The notes: generated from the sequence alone by a model not told the origin. A DNA stretch of 64,000 nucleotides from an uncultured Chloroflexia bacterium (GCA_963797095.1 CAWCNY010000001.1:64001-128000), one strand, 5' to 3'; positions 54,479-64,000 are shown, counted from the first letter of the stretch. Program-made: numbers and translations.

Positions 54479-57400
54479 CTATGAGACTCTGAGATTTGGT
54501 ACCAGAACTCCTCTATATTTGTGCAGGGCGTACTCGACGGCTTCCGCCAGGCTCAGCGCTTCGCCCACTGCCCAGGCGCGGGCGAATATGCCCTTGTCGA
54601 GCAGCGCACGGGCCTGCGCCACGCTCTGCTCGTACGTCCTACGGTCGACGCGGTCCAGCACGGCGCCCAGGCTCGATACCAGCCGGTCCACAGCACCCAG
54701 CAGCATCGCCGCCCCCTCTCCCCGACCCTCGTGTGCGGCCAGCCCGCCCAAGCCGGCCAGCCCTGCCAGGGCCCCTTTCCGGTTGCCCATATCCGCAGTC
54801 AGCGTGAGGCTCTGGGCGAGCAGAGCCCTTGCCCGGGCATAATCTCCCCGTTCCATAGCCAGCAGCCCGAGCCGGCCGGTGGGCCAGGCCATCCCCAGCT
54901 TGCTGCCCACCTCTCTATTGCCCGCCAGCCCCTCCTCGTAGAGCGTCTCGGCGAGAGCGTAATCGCCTTCGCCGTGGGCCACACCGCCGAGGAAAGCCAG
55001 ACACCAGGCCACCGTCTGCTTATCGCCCACCTCTCGGAGCAGTAGCAAGGCTTCACCGAACAAGGACCTGGCGTGGACCGCCTCGCCTTCTTCCATGGCG
55101 ACCACCGCAAGCTGGTGCAGGCTCAAGCCGATACTCCCCTTATCGCCAAACTCCCGGCGGAGGGCCAGGCTCTCCTCGTAGAGTGCGCGGGCGCGAGCAT
55201 ATTCGCCCTGCTCCCTGGCCACAACGCCCAGGTTGTGCAGGCTCATCGCGATCCCTGGACGATCCCCAAGCTCCCGGCGGAGCGCCAGGCTCTCCTCGTA
55301 GAGCGCGCGGGCCGTGGCGTAATCGCTCAGTTGCTTGGCCACGAAGCCGAGGTTGTGCAGGGCCGTGCTGAGGCCGATCTTGTCCCCGAGCTCCCAGCGG
55401 AGCGCTAGGCTCTCTTCGAACAGCGCGCGGGAGGCATAGAAGTCGCCTTGCTCGTTGGCCACGATGCCCAGCCCGTTCAGCGCATTCGCGACGCCCCATT
55501 GATTGCCCAGTTCCCGCTGCACTACGAGACTCTCCTCGAACAGCACGCGGGCTGCAGAGTAGTCGCCCGCATCAAAGGCCAGCCTCGCCAGGTGGCCCAG
55601 CGAAGCGGAGATGCTGGACCCGTCCCCGGTCGCTTGCCCCAGCGCCAGCGCCGCCTCCAGCGCAGTGCGTGCGGCCGCCGCATCGCCCTGCCACCCGGCG
55701 AGGGAGCCTGCAGCATTCAGCGCTTTAGCCTTGATTCGGACCATGTCCGCATGATGTGGCGGGGGCGAGCCGTCTCCGAGCCCGGCCGGGCCCCTGCCCG
55801 CGTCCGCAGCCACAGCCCGTTCTTGGGACTCCAGTCCCAATTCAGGCTCCTTGCCCCGCTCGACGTTCGCCCATACAGACAGTGCTTTCTGCAAGTGGTC
55901 TCTTCCCTCGGTGTACAGGCCCTTTGTGTGCCAGAAGCGATAGAGGGTGGCTCCCAGCCGCAGTCCCAACTCTGCTGCTTCGGCTACTTCCTCGCCTTGT
56001 ACCACTGTGGCCTGGACCGCGGACCGGCCATCGGTATTCCCCGCCGTTGCCTGTTCACCAGCCCACACCAGCACCGCCCGGAGGTTTTCATGCTCATCTT
56101 CCAGCCGGGCGAGCCACTCCTGCTGCTCTTTGCCGGTGAGGTGCGGCTCCGCTTCCTCGGCTAGCCCCAAGAAGTAGCGGGCATGCTCCCGGGCCAGCAC
56201 AGCGGCTTCCCCGCTCTCCGCTAGCTTCTCCCGGGCGTATTCGTGGATCGTCTCCAGCATCCAAAAGCGCGGCTCGCCGGCGCGGCCTGTGGCCTGCCGC
56301 AGCAAGTTCTTGCTCAACAGGGCTTCGACCCCCTCGAAGACGTCGATCCCCAAGCGTCCATCCCAGTTGCAGACGGCTTCCAGCGCTTCCATGCTCCGCC
56401 CACCCGTGAAAGGAGCCATCCTGCGGAAGAGCTGCTGCTCGCCCGAGTCCAGCAGGTCATAGCTCCACTCAATCGTCCTACGCATCGTCTGCTGGCGAGC
56501 CGGGGCGTCTCGGGCGCCCTCAGTTAGCAGACTCAGCCGCCTGCTCAGCCGGGCGAGCAGGAGCGGGGGCGGGAGCATGCGCACGCGGGCCGCGGCCAGC
56601 TCGATCGCCAGCGGCAGCCCGTCCAGCCGGACGCAGATCTCCGCGACGGCTCGCGCATTCCCGGCGGTCAGCCGGAAGTCCGGCCGGACATCGGTCGCCC
56701 GCTCGACAAAGAGGCGCATCGCTTCGTACTGGGCCAGCTGCTCCAGGGGTGGCAATTGCCGCAAATCGGGAAGCGACAGCGGCGGCACCGGGTACTCCCG
56801 CTCGCCCCGCACGCCGAGGGGCACGCGGCTTGTCACCAGTACCTTCAGACCAGGGCATGAGGAAAGCAAATGGCTCACCTGGGGGCCGGCATCTACCACC
56901 TGCTCGAAGTTGTCCAGCAGAAACAGCACCTGCTTGTCCCGCAGATACGCAGCGATACTGTCCAGCACTCCCTCTATCCCCGGCAGCCGCTGATCTTTGA
57001 TCCCCAGCGCCTTGGCGATTGCGGCGACCACCAGCTCGGGGTCGGTCAGCGGGGCCAGGTCGACAAAGCATGCGCGGTCGGAGAAGTGCTCCTGCACGCC
57101 GGCCGCCGCATTCAGTGCGACCCGGGTCTTGCCGACTCCGCCCGGCCCCGTCACCGTGAGCAGCCGCACCGCGTCCTGCAGCAGGCGCTCACCGACCGCA
57201 GTCACCTCGGCCTCCCGCCCGATCAGCGGCGTTGCCGCGGCGGGCAGAAAGCTCGTGCCCCCCAACGGCGGCTCCGGGTGCACTTCGTGCGCGGCGTCGC
57301 GGATGCGTTCGTATAGGGCGCTTGTCTCGCGGGCCGGTTCGAGGCCCAGTTCGGCGGCCAGCGTCCGCCGGCAGGCTTCGTACTGGGCGAGCGCCGCGCT

Positions 57401-58150
57401 GCGCTGTCCCGTGCGCGAGAGGAGCCGCATCGCCTGGCGGTGGGCCTCTTCGCGCCAGGGTTCCAACTTCAACTGCCACAACGCGAAGTGCAACGATTGC
57501 TCGTGTTCGCCCACCTCCTCGTGAAAGTCCGCCAGGCGCTCGAGGGCATGCATCATCTGGCGATGGTGCGTCTCCCGCTCTAGCAGCAGCCACTCCTCAA
57601 ACGCCCCGGTATCCGGGACGAGGAACCCTTGCAAGAAATCGCCCCGGTACAGGGTGGCCGCCTCGTGAAAGTGGTCGATACATTCGGCACAGTGATCTGG
57701 ATGCCCGGATTGATGCTGATGCGCCTGGCAGGCCGCGAGGAGTTGGGTGAAGACCGCGACATCGCACCAGGTATCGCTCGCCGGGTTGAGTTGCACGGTC
57801 TGGCGGGTGACGAGCAAGGGGCTGGTGCCGTTGGGGTCGTCCTCATCGGGCTCCCGCAGAGCCTGCCCTGGGCTTGTCGAAGGGTCACAATTCGCTCCGA
57901 CACCACTCCCGGTGCTACTAAGGATCCGGCGCAGGACGTAAAGGGTCTGGCGCAGGCTATGCCGGGCCTCTTGGTCTGGCTGCTCGGGCCACAGGAGAGC
58001 CGCCAGGGCATCGCGGCGGTGGGGCCGGCCCCGCTCGATAAGCAGATAGGCCAGAAGCGCGCGCATTTTATCCGACTCAAAGCCGGTAACACTCACGCTA
58101 TTGCGCGTGAGGTGGAAGGGGCCGAGAAAATAAGTACACAGTTGCGACAT
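54479..58150 (-). CDS. AfsR/SARP-type regulator: wHTH-BTAD + STAND (NB-ARC-like) ATPase + TPR repeats
   Basis: LLAYL...RD.L..LLWP, LYRGDFL, EPWREE..R..M, GPGGVGKT, LDNFEQ, LDGLPLAIELAA and ~40-aa TPR repeats. Confidence 0.95.
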   Translation of the reverse strand: MSQLCTYFLGPFHLTRNSVSVTGFESDKMRALLAYLLIERGRPHRRDALAALLWPEQPDQEARHSLRQTLYVLRRILSSTGSGVGANCDPSTSPGQALREPDEDDPNGTSPLLVTRQTVQLNPASDTWCDVAVFTQLLAACQAHQHQSGHPDHCAECIDHFHEAATLYRGDFLQGFLVPDTGAFEEWLLLERETHHRQMMHALERLADFHEEVGEHEQSLHFALWQLKLEPWREEAHRQAMRLLSRTGQRSAALAQYEACRRTLAAELGLEPARETSALYERIRDAAHEVHPEPPLGGTSFLPAAATPLIGREAEVTAVGERLLQDAVRLLTVTGPGGVGKTRVALNAAAGVQEHFSDRACFVDLAPLTDPELVVAAIAKALGIKDQRLPGIEGVLDSIAAYLRDKQVLFLLDNFEQVVDAGPQVSHLLSSCPGLKVLVTSRVPLGVRGEREYPVPPLSLPDLRQLPPLEQLAQYEAMRLFVERATDVRPDFRLTAGNARAVAEICVRLDGLPLAIELAAARVRMLPPPLLLARLSRRLSLLTEGARDAPARQQTMRRTIEWSYDLLDSGEQQLFRRMAPFTGGRSMEALEAVCNWDGRLGIDVFEGVEALLSKNLLRQATGRAGEPRFWMLETIHEYAREKLAESGEAAVLAREHARYFLGLAEEAEPHLTGKEQQEWLARLEDEHENLRAVLVWAGEQATAGNTDGRSAVQATVVQGEEVAEAAELGLRLGATLYRFWHTKGLYTEGRDHLQKALSVWANVERGKEPELGLESQERAVAADAGRGPAGLGDGSPPPHHADMVRIKAKALNAAGSLAGWQGDAAAARTALEAALALGQATGDGSSISASLGHLARLAFDAGDYSAARVLFEESLVVQRELGNQWGVANALNGLGIVANEQGDFYASRALFEESLALRWELGDKIGLSTALHNLGFVAKQLSDYATARALYEESLALRRELGDRPGIAMSLHNLGVVAREQGEYARARALYEESLALRREFGDKGSIGLSLHQLAVVAMEEGEAVHARSLFGEALLLLREVGDKQTVAWCLAFLGGVAHGEGDYALAETLYEEGLAGNREVGSKLGMAWPTGRLGLLAMERGDYARARALLAQSLTLTADMGNRKGALAGLAGLGGLAAHEGRGEGAAMLLGAVDRLVSSLGAVLDRVDRRTYEQSVAQARALLDKGIFARAWAVGEALSLAEAVEYALHKYRGVLVPNLRVS
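57861..57884 (-). repeat. REP-like unit CCCTTCGACAAGCCCAGGGCAGGC inserted in frame
   Basis: Translates as PSTSPGQA within an expanded loop of the wHTH. Confidence 0.6.
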
Positions 58151-58330
58151 TGCCGGACCTGTTGCTACATTAACTAGCCAGCTGTCCTCTATCATACCGC
58201 ACGCCCGACGTACGTGCAATCGGCCCAGCAGCGGGCCAGCAGTAGGTCTGTTCAGTTGCCAGACAACAGCATCGCATAGCCGTGCCCCGCAGCCGACGTC
58301 GTGTTGCTCCCGCGCCGGGTTTGCCGCCTG

Positions 58331-58364
58331 TCTCATGACGGATCTCATGACGATCTAATGACGG
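58331..58364 (+). promoter_or_regulatory. Three direct repeats TCT(C/A)ATGACG, probable SARP/BTAD binding site
   Basis: Copies at 58331, 58343 and 58354 (11-12 bp spacing), upstream of a TACCCT -10-like element. Confidence 0.65.
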
Positions 58365-58409
58365 TTGGCTGCTACCCTGTTACCAACCCTGACTGAACTG
58401 GAGACGACA

Positions 58410-58628
58410 TTGCCGAACTCACCAGACGATCGTGAACCACACTATCTGTCCTATCTGCTCAGGCTATGGAGCAAAACGGACAATCAGGGCCAGCAGGTGT
58501 GGTGCGCGTCTCTGGAGACGCCTGGCAGCCACAAGACGGTGCGCTTTGGGGACCTACCCGCGCTGTTTACCTTCCTGCAAACCCAAGTAGGAACTGCACC
58601 GCAAGGGGGATTGGACCAAGAGGAGTAA
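58410..58628 (+). CDS. Small conserved 'SYLLRLW' protein of unknown function
   Basis: YLSYLLRLW...W.ASLE.P......F..L..LF.FL; GGAG RBS before TTG. Confidence 0.75.
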   Translation: MPNSPDDREPHYLSYLLRLWSKTDNQGQQVWCASLETPGSHKTVRFGDLPALFTFLQTQVGTAPQGGLDQEE

Positions 58629-58706
58629 CAGGCCCATGAGGAACCGTCCTCGTGACGGAGTTCCAAGTTGCATAGCTGTTTAGCGTCTGCCTGAAAGGAG
58701 GAATAC

Positions 58707-59015
58707 ATGTACGTAGTAATCAACCATTTGCACCTTGATATACCAGTAGATCAGATACTCGACACGGTGCGAGAGGAGTTCGTGCCTTCACTCGCCGCCT
58801 TGAAAGGCTTTCATCACTACTACCTGGTAAAAGAAGCCGAAGACCGAGCCACTGTGCTGGCATTCTATGAGAGCGCCGAAGATGCGGCTAGCGGGGCCGC
58901 TGCTATCGGCCCAACATACTTTGCCAAGCACATAGCCCCGCATCTCGCCAGCGAACAGGTGCGCACCGTGGGCGAAGTGGTAGTTCAGGCAAGTGGTAAT
59001 CCGGGCAAGGGATAG
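58707..59015 (+). CDS. Dimeric alpha-beta barrel (ABM-like) protein
   Basis: P.L...GF..YY...ES.E.A...GEV pattern; strong RBS. Confidence 0.75.
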   Translation: MYVVINHLHLDIPVDQILDTVREEFVPSLAALKGFHHYYLVKEAEDRATVLAFYESAEDAASGAAAIGPTYFAKHIAPHLASEQVRTVGEVVVQASGNPGKG

Positions 59016-59137
59016 TCTAGTTGCTTCGAAAGGAGGTATCGACAACTCGCATAACCAATCTCTTGCACGGTATGGATCGCACACCCTACAAACAAATGAG
59101 AGTACCCGATGTCAAAACAAACAAAGGAGATTAAGCA

Positions 59138-59566
59138 ATGTCAACTGAACAGAACAAGGCGGTTGTCCGCCGATTCATGGTGGAAGTGTTGACCGGTCGC
59201 AACGTGGGCCTGGCCGACGAACTACTAGCGCCGAACTACGTGAACCGCATGACAGGTGCCGACCTGCCTGCCTTTAAGGGGTTTCTCACCGGCATGGCGT
59301 CTGCGCTCAGCGACCTCCGGTTTGAAATCGATGATCTGCTGGCCGAAGGGGATGCGGTGGTGGCCCGCTGGAAGATGGAGGCAAACCACACCGGTTCGCT
59401 GATGGGAGAATCGCCCACGGGGAAGAAGATATCAGCTCGTGGCCTGACTTACTACCGCCTGGACAACGGCCGGATCGTGGAAGATGATCCGCTATCGACG
59501 CCCGATCTGTTGCAGGAACTCGGCGCACAGGTGCCTGCGCAGGCGGGCGCTGTCGCAGCAGGTTAA
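59138..59566 (+). CDS. SnoaL-like ester cyclase
   Basis: MS.E.NKAVVRRF...D..F.I.D..AEGD.V..RW...HTG...G..PTGK. Confidence 0.92.
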   Translation: MSTEQNKAVVRRFMVEVLTGRNVGLADELLAPNYVNRMTGADLPAFKGFLTGMASALSDLRFEIDDLLAEGDAVVARWKMEANHTGSLMGESPTGKKISARGLTYYRLDNGRIVEDDPLSTPDLLQELGAQVPAQAGAVAAG

Positions 59567-59576
59567 GGAGGAAATC

Positions 59577-59996
59577 ATGGACAGCGCTACCTCAATCCGA
59601 CGCCTCTACGACCTCATCAACGCCGGTGATATCGACGGTTTCGGCCAGCAACTCGCCGACGACTTCGTCGAGCGCGCCGAAATACCCGGAATCCCGCCCA
59701 CGAAAGCCGGCGTGGTCCAGTACTTTCGGATGCTAATCGCAGCGTTCCCGGACTTACGGATGGACGTCGAAGACGTGATTGCGAGCGGCAACAAGGCAGT
59801 TGCGCGTGTGCGAGTGACCGGGACGCATAAAGGTGAGTTTATAGGAATGCCGCCGACGGGCAGATCTGTCGCGGTGGACCTCATCGACATCACTCGCTTT
59901 GGCGATGACGGGCTGGCACACGAGCACTGGGGAGTGTCCGACCAACTCGCTCTGCTCCAGCAACTCGGCGCGATCCCGGCAGGGGCTCCAGCCTAG
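59577..59996 (+). CDS. SnoaL-like ester cyclase
   Basis: AFPDL...VED..A.G...GTH.GEF.G.PPTG...EHW...D.L.LLQQLG. Confidence 0.92.
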   Translation: MDSATSIRRLYDLINAGDIDGFGQQLADDFVERAEIPGIPPTKAGVVQYFRMLIAAFPDLRMDVEDVIASGNKAVARVRVTGTHKGEFIGMPPTGRSVAVDLIDITRFGDDGLAHEHWGVSDQLALLQQLGAIPAGAPA

Positions 59997-60048
59997 CTGG
60001 TCGCAGTGCGAATCGGTCTGGGAGACATCGCAGAAAGGAGCTAAGGCA

Positions 60049-60342
60049 GTGGCAATCAAGGTGATCGTGGAACTACAGGCCAAACCGGGCAAGCGGGCTG
60101 AACTCAAGGATCTGCTGGAGAGCGTTGCGGCGAAGCTTGGACCGGGCGAGCCCGGTTTCCTGGGCAGCACACGCTACGAGGTACTCGATAGTCCCGACGT
60201 ACTGGTTGAGATTGCCGATTGGCAGTCGGCCGAGGTGCGCGCGAGGGCTATGCAGGAGGCTATGGCCAGCGGCGCCTACGCACCTCTGATGGATCTGTTA
60301 GCCGCGCCCTTCAAGGCGCTAGTCATCAGGGAACTGCCCTGA
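60049..60342 (+). CDS. Antibiotic biosynthesis monooxygenase (ABM) family protein
   Basis: V...AKPGK..EL...PGFL......D.P...W.S.E. Confidence 0.85.
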   Translation: MAIKVIVELQAKPGKRAELKDLLESVAAKLGPGEPGFLGSTRYEVLDSPDVLVEIADWQSAEVRARAMQEAMASGAYAPLMDLLAAPFKALVIRELP

Positions 60343-60449
60343 CGGGCGGACGACGTCGCCGTCGTCGCCTTCAGCAGGACGCGGCCGGCGCGCTGCGCCT
60401 GCAACCCCTGTCAATCATACGTGTTTAGCAAAATCAAGGAGAATCAACC

Positions 60450-60882
60450 ATGTCAGCAGAAAACGATGTCCGACAGGCATCAGCACAATTCTACGCCGCA
60501 TTGAACAGTATGGCCAACGGGGATGCCAGCTCAATGCCTGACATCTGGTCCCACAGCGCGACCGTCACGACCATGCACCCGATCGGCGGTCGGGAAGTCG
60601 GCTGGGAAGAAGTCAAGGAGCCGTGGGGCCAGGTAGGCCAACTGGCCTCAGGCGGGCAGATTTAACCTGAACGAACAACTCATTCAGGTTTCCGGCGATA
60701 TTGCCTATGAAGTGGGACTCGAACAAGGTCAGTTTACACTGGCCGGAGAGCCGGTCGCCATCGATCACCGCGTCACAAACATCTACCGCCGCGAGAACGG
60801 GGCCTGGAAGATCGTCCATCACCATGCTGATACTTCTCCTGCCATGCTGGACATTCTCAGCCGTTTGCAGGCCAGGGCGTAG
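60450..60882 (+). CDS. NTF2/SnoaL-like (DUF4440) protein; apparent frameshift in a T-run at ~60662
   Basis: A...FY.AL...W.H...HP.G...GW.EV, then R.TNIYRRE.G.WKIVHHH in the shifted frame. Confidence 0.8.
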
Positions 60883-60972
60883 TTCTGAGGGGAGCCCCAT
60901 CCACTTCTGAAGCTTATGGATCTTATGGATGCTCACTATCCAGATCTAGCATGGAGGTTCAAACCAGTGCAA

Positions 60973-62244
60973 ATGAAGATCAGACGTTTCATTATGACAA
61001 TCGTAGCTTTCGCTCTGCTCATAGTCGTGACGGTGGGGGCTACCGGAAAGGCCACAGCCGCGCCGAACCGCCAGGCAGGTCCGCAAACCTGGACCGTGTT
61101 GGTAGGCGCGCAGGCCGAGATTGAACAGACCGATATGGGCCCGGCGGGTGCCTGGCAACTCATGAAGTTCTATCCGGACAAACTGACCATCAACGAAGGC
61201 GACACGGTGGTGTGGAAGATCAACTCGGCAGAGTTTCATGACGTAATCTTTGCGCCTCCCGGCCAGGCCTTCGTGCCGCTCACTACCGCCGAAGGGGGCC
61301 AGAACGGTCCGCCTACAGTGGTCATAAGTCCTCTATTTGCGGCGCCTTCAGGAGGCCCGAATTACGATGGCACAACCCTGGCCAATTCGGGCGAGCTGGC
61401 CATGGCCGCGCCGGGCTCACCGGAATTCCGCCTTACCTTTCCCAAGGCAGGCAGCTACGACTACTACTGCAACATCCATTCGGCTCCGCTTCCTGACGGA
61501 CAGATCGCAGGCATGACCGGCAACATCACTGTCCGGGCTGCCGGTTCGGCGCTTGCCAGCACTCCCGACCAGGTAAGCGCGGACGCCCAGGCCGCCATCG
61601 CTGCCGACCAGCAGGCTGCCACGGCAGAAGATACCCAGGTTAAGCAGGCGATTCCTCCTACGTCGAACTCTGATGGCACGATGACCTACCACATAAAGGC
61701 CGGCTTCGACACGCAGACGGCCGCGTATATGCGTTTCACCCCTTCGGACATCACGATCCACGCGGGTGATACAGTAACTTGGCAGCAGAATTCCGCCGTC
61801 TCGCCCCACACCTTTACACTTACATCAGGGGCAAAAGATCCCGATCTGGTGGTGGCGCTACCTCGATCATCCGGCCCGCCCAAGCTTATTCTCAATCCAC
61901 AGGTTTTGCTGCCTGCCGGTGGCACGACCTACGACGGGCAAGGCTTCTTCAGTTCAGGCTTTGTTCCCGGTACGCAGGATCCCACTCCCGGCCCTCGGAC
62001 TTACAGCCTCAAGTTCTCCACGCCCGGAACCTATGAATATATCTGCATACTGCATGATGACATGGGAATGAATGGGCACATCACTGTGCTGGCCGCCGGG
62101 GACGCCGGAACGACGCCGGGTATGCCCTCCACCGGGCGATCCGGTAGCGAGGGCGCGCTGCTGTTGGCTGCCGGGTTGGCTGGTCTGGTGCTCCTTTTGG
62201 CTGGTTTCACTCTTCGCCATAAGGTCATAAGCTTGCGCCGGTAA
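60973..62244 (+). CDS. Secreted tandem-cupredoxin protein with sortase-like anchor
   Basis: Signal peptide, two H...C..H...M type-1 Cu sets, and MPSTG + TM + basic tail. Confidence 0.88.
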   Translation: MKIRRFIMTIVAFALLIVVTVGATGKATAAPNRQAGPQTWTVLVGAQAEIEQTDMGPAGAWQLMKFYPDKLTINEGDTVVWKINSAEFHDVIFAPPGQAFVPLTTAEGGQNGPPTVVISPLFAAPSGGPNYDGTTLANSGELAMAAPGSPEFRLTFPKAGSYDYYCNIHSAPLPDGQIAGMTGNITVRAAGSALASTPDQVSADAQAAIAADQQAATAEDTQVKQAIPPTSNSDGTMTYHIKAGFDTQTAAYMRFTPSDITIHAGDTVTWQQNSAVSPHTFTLTSGAKDPDLVVALPRSSGPPKLILNPQVLLPAGGTTYDGQGFFSSGFVPGTQDPTPGPRTYSLKFSTPGTYEYICILHDDMGMNGHITVLAAGDAGTTPGMPSTGRSGSEGALLLAAGLAGLVLLLAGFTLRHKVISLRR

Positions 62245-62517
62245 ACAAGACGAACTGAGAGGACGATGAGCGGATTCGCCTTTGTCAAGCGGGTTCGCTC
62301 CTTCTCCGGTGGCCAACAGATGACAGTTGATAGTGCCAGAAGCAGCTGGCTGGCTCGGCTTAGCTGATTGGGACGATGAGACCTTGCTAGGCATCAATTA
62401 GGTCTTCCCCATATCGGGGATCAGCGTATTCCTCGTGTCCACGGGTCCACGCGTCCACTTTGTATGGCGAATGCCACGTTGCTCGTTACGCAGTGCGTAG
62501 TTACAGGAGAGCATTGA

Positions 62518-64000
62518 ATGGAGTGCCCGAATTGTAAGACACGAAATCCCGAAGGCGCCAGGTTCTGCTTCAACTGCGGCGCCCCGCTGCCAATAGCCTG
62601 TCGAAATTGCGGTACGAGCCTCGTGCAGGGCGCGAAGTTCTGCTTCAACTGTGGAACGCCGGTGGTATCGACGACCGACCATCGACCACCGACCACCGAC
62701 AATGGAGGGCGAGTGGCTGATGACGAGATGCAACCATCATCTGTGCAGCCCTATCCGTCCTCCGTACACACCTTGGAAGAGGAAGCCGTTGGGGGTCGGT
62801 CGTCGGTGGTCGACCGTCTGGAGCAATATATCCCCAAAGAGTTACTGGCCAAGCTGGAGCGGGCGCGGGCCAACCGCAGCATGGCGGGGGAGCGGCGCAT
62901 CGTAACGATGCTCTTTTGCGACGTGAAGGGCTCAACCAGCCTTGCCGAGATGCTCGACCCAGAGGAGTGGGCGGAGATCATGAACGGAGCGTTCAAGTAT
63001 CTCATCGAGCCGGTGTATCGCTACGAAGGCACTCTCGCCCGGCTCATGGGCGATGCTATCCTGGCATTTTTCGGCGCGCCGATCGGGCATGAGGACGACC
63101 CGCAGCGGGCGGTGCTGGCAGCCCTCGACATCGTAGAGGGCATGAAGGTCTACAGCGAGCAGATCAAGCGCGAGCGCAACCTGGAGCTCAATGTGCGCAT
63201 CGGCATCAACACCGGTCTCGTCGTCGTGGGTGAGGTGGGCTCCGACCTACGCGTCGAGTACACGGCCATGGGGGACGCCGTCAATGTGGCCTCGCGCATG
63301 GAGCAAACTGCCGAGCCGGGTACCCTACAAGTCTCCGCCAGCACATACAAATCGATATCGAATCTCTTCGAGTTCAAATCGCTTGGTGACATAGAGGTGA
63401 AGGGCAAGAGCGAGCCGGTAGCCGCCTTCCAAGTGCTCAGAGCCATAGACGGTGCTGTGCCTATGCGCGGAATCGAGGGGTTGAAGACTCCTTTCGTGGG
63501 GCGCGAGCGCGAATTGTCACAGCTGCGGTCAGTCCTCGACAATCTATTGCAGGGCCAAGGGCAGATCGTATCAGTAATGGGCGAGGCCGGCCTGGGCAAG
63601 TCGAGGCTGATCGGCGAAATGCGGAATTCGGAGTTTGGAGTTCAGAATGCCACGGACTCAAACATCCCGCATTTTGCATCCCACATTTCGCATTGGTATG
63701 AGGGGCGCTCCCTTTCGTATGAGACTGCCACTCCTTACGCTCCGTTCGTCGACATGCTCGGCACGCTCTTTGGCCTGCGCGACGAGGATACCGGCGAGGA
63801 AAAGTACAGCAAGCTCAAGGCGAAACTCGCGGAGCTAGTTGCGAGTAATACGGGGTACGAAAGACTGCCAGCTATCAACTCGCAACCTTCATCTCCCAAC
63901 TACCTTAGGGAAATCGCTCCTTACCTCTCGACTCTGTTCGGCATAAATCTCTCGGGGGAAGACGCGGAGCGGGTGAAGTATCTCGAGCCGCTTGCCCTGC
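62518..64000 (+). CDS. Double zinc-ribbon + class III adenylate/guanylate cyclase + AAA/STAND ATPase (runs off window)
   Basis: CPNC...FCFNCG x2, ERRIVTMLFCDVKGST, MGDAI.A.FGAP, GDAVNVASR and Walker A GEAGLGKS. Confidence 0.93.
   Translation, partial: MECPNCKTRNPEGARFCFNCGAPLPIACRNCGTSLVQGAKFCFNCGTPVVSTTDHRPPTTDNGGRVADDEMQPSSVQPYPSSVHTLEEEAVGGRSSVVDRLEQYIPKELLAKLERARANRSMAGERRIVTMLFCDVKGSTSLAEMLDPEEWAEIMNGAFKYLIEPVYRYEGTLARLMGDAILAFFGAPIGHEDDPQRAVLAALDIVEGMKVYSEQIKRERNLELNVRIGINTGLVVVGEVGSDLRVEYTAMGDAVNVASRMEQTAEPGTLQVSASTYKSISNLFEFKSLGDIEVKGKSEPVAAFQVLRAIDGAVPMRGIEGLKTPFVGRERELSQLRSVLDNLLQGQGQIVSVMGEAGLGKSRLIGEMRNSEFGVQNATDSNIPHFASHISHWYEGRSLSYETATPYAPFVDMLGTLFGLRDEDTGEEKYSKLKAKLAELVASNTGYERLPAINSQPSSPNYLREIAPYLSTLFGINLSGEDAERVKYLEPLAL

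Overview
Bacterial chromosomal window, most likely Chloroflexota. This call rests on the 16S/23S sequence style, Chloroflexi-type 'FPETGK..G.FL.YW..HGGL..QGYPIS' repeat proteins, SLH proteins and REP/heptamer repeats. It opens with nested IS debris, then a minus-strand rRNA locus (16S - tRNA-Ala - 23S - 5S). The locus is colinear but looks transcriptionally split: each part has its own sigma70 promoter, terminator-like hairpins lie between them, and an antisense glycoside-hydrolase-like gene sits in the spacer. The 23S carries a heptamer-repeat intervening sequence in helix 45. Housekeeping and accessory genes follow: mscL, Crp/Fnr, ferredoxin, rplS-rnhB-yraN, recQ, iscA, a carotenoid glycoside-ester cluster, tRNA-Val, HD-GYP, htrA, panD and two TA modules. 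The window ends with a BTAD/STAND regulator divergent from a SnoaL/ABM operon, a cupredoxin surface protein and a STAND adenylate cyclase. The best novelty candidates are the split rrn locus with duplicated promoter architecture, a ~300-nt stand-alone structured RNA (45352-45648), a boxA-containing ~600-nt non-coding element with a partial second copy, and heptamer-repeat elements invading rRNA and genes. Several homopolymer frameshifts suggest residual long-read indel errors. All calls were made by eye; no searches or folding programs were run.
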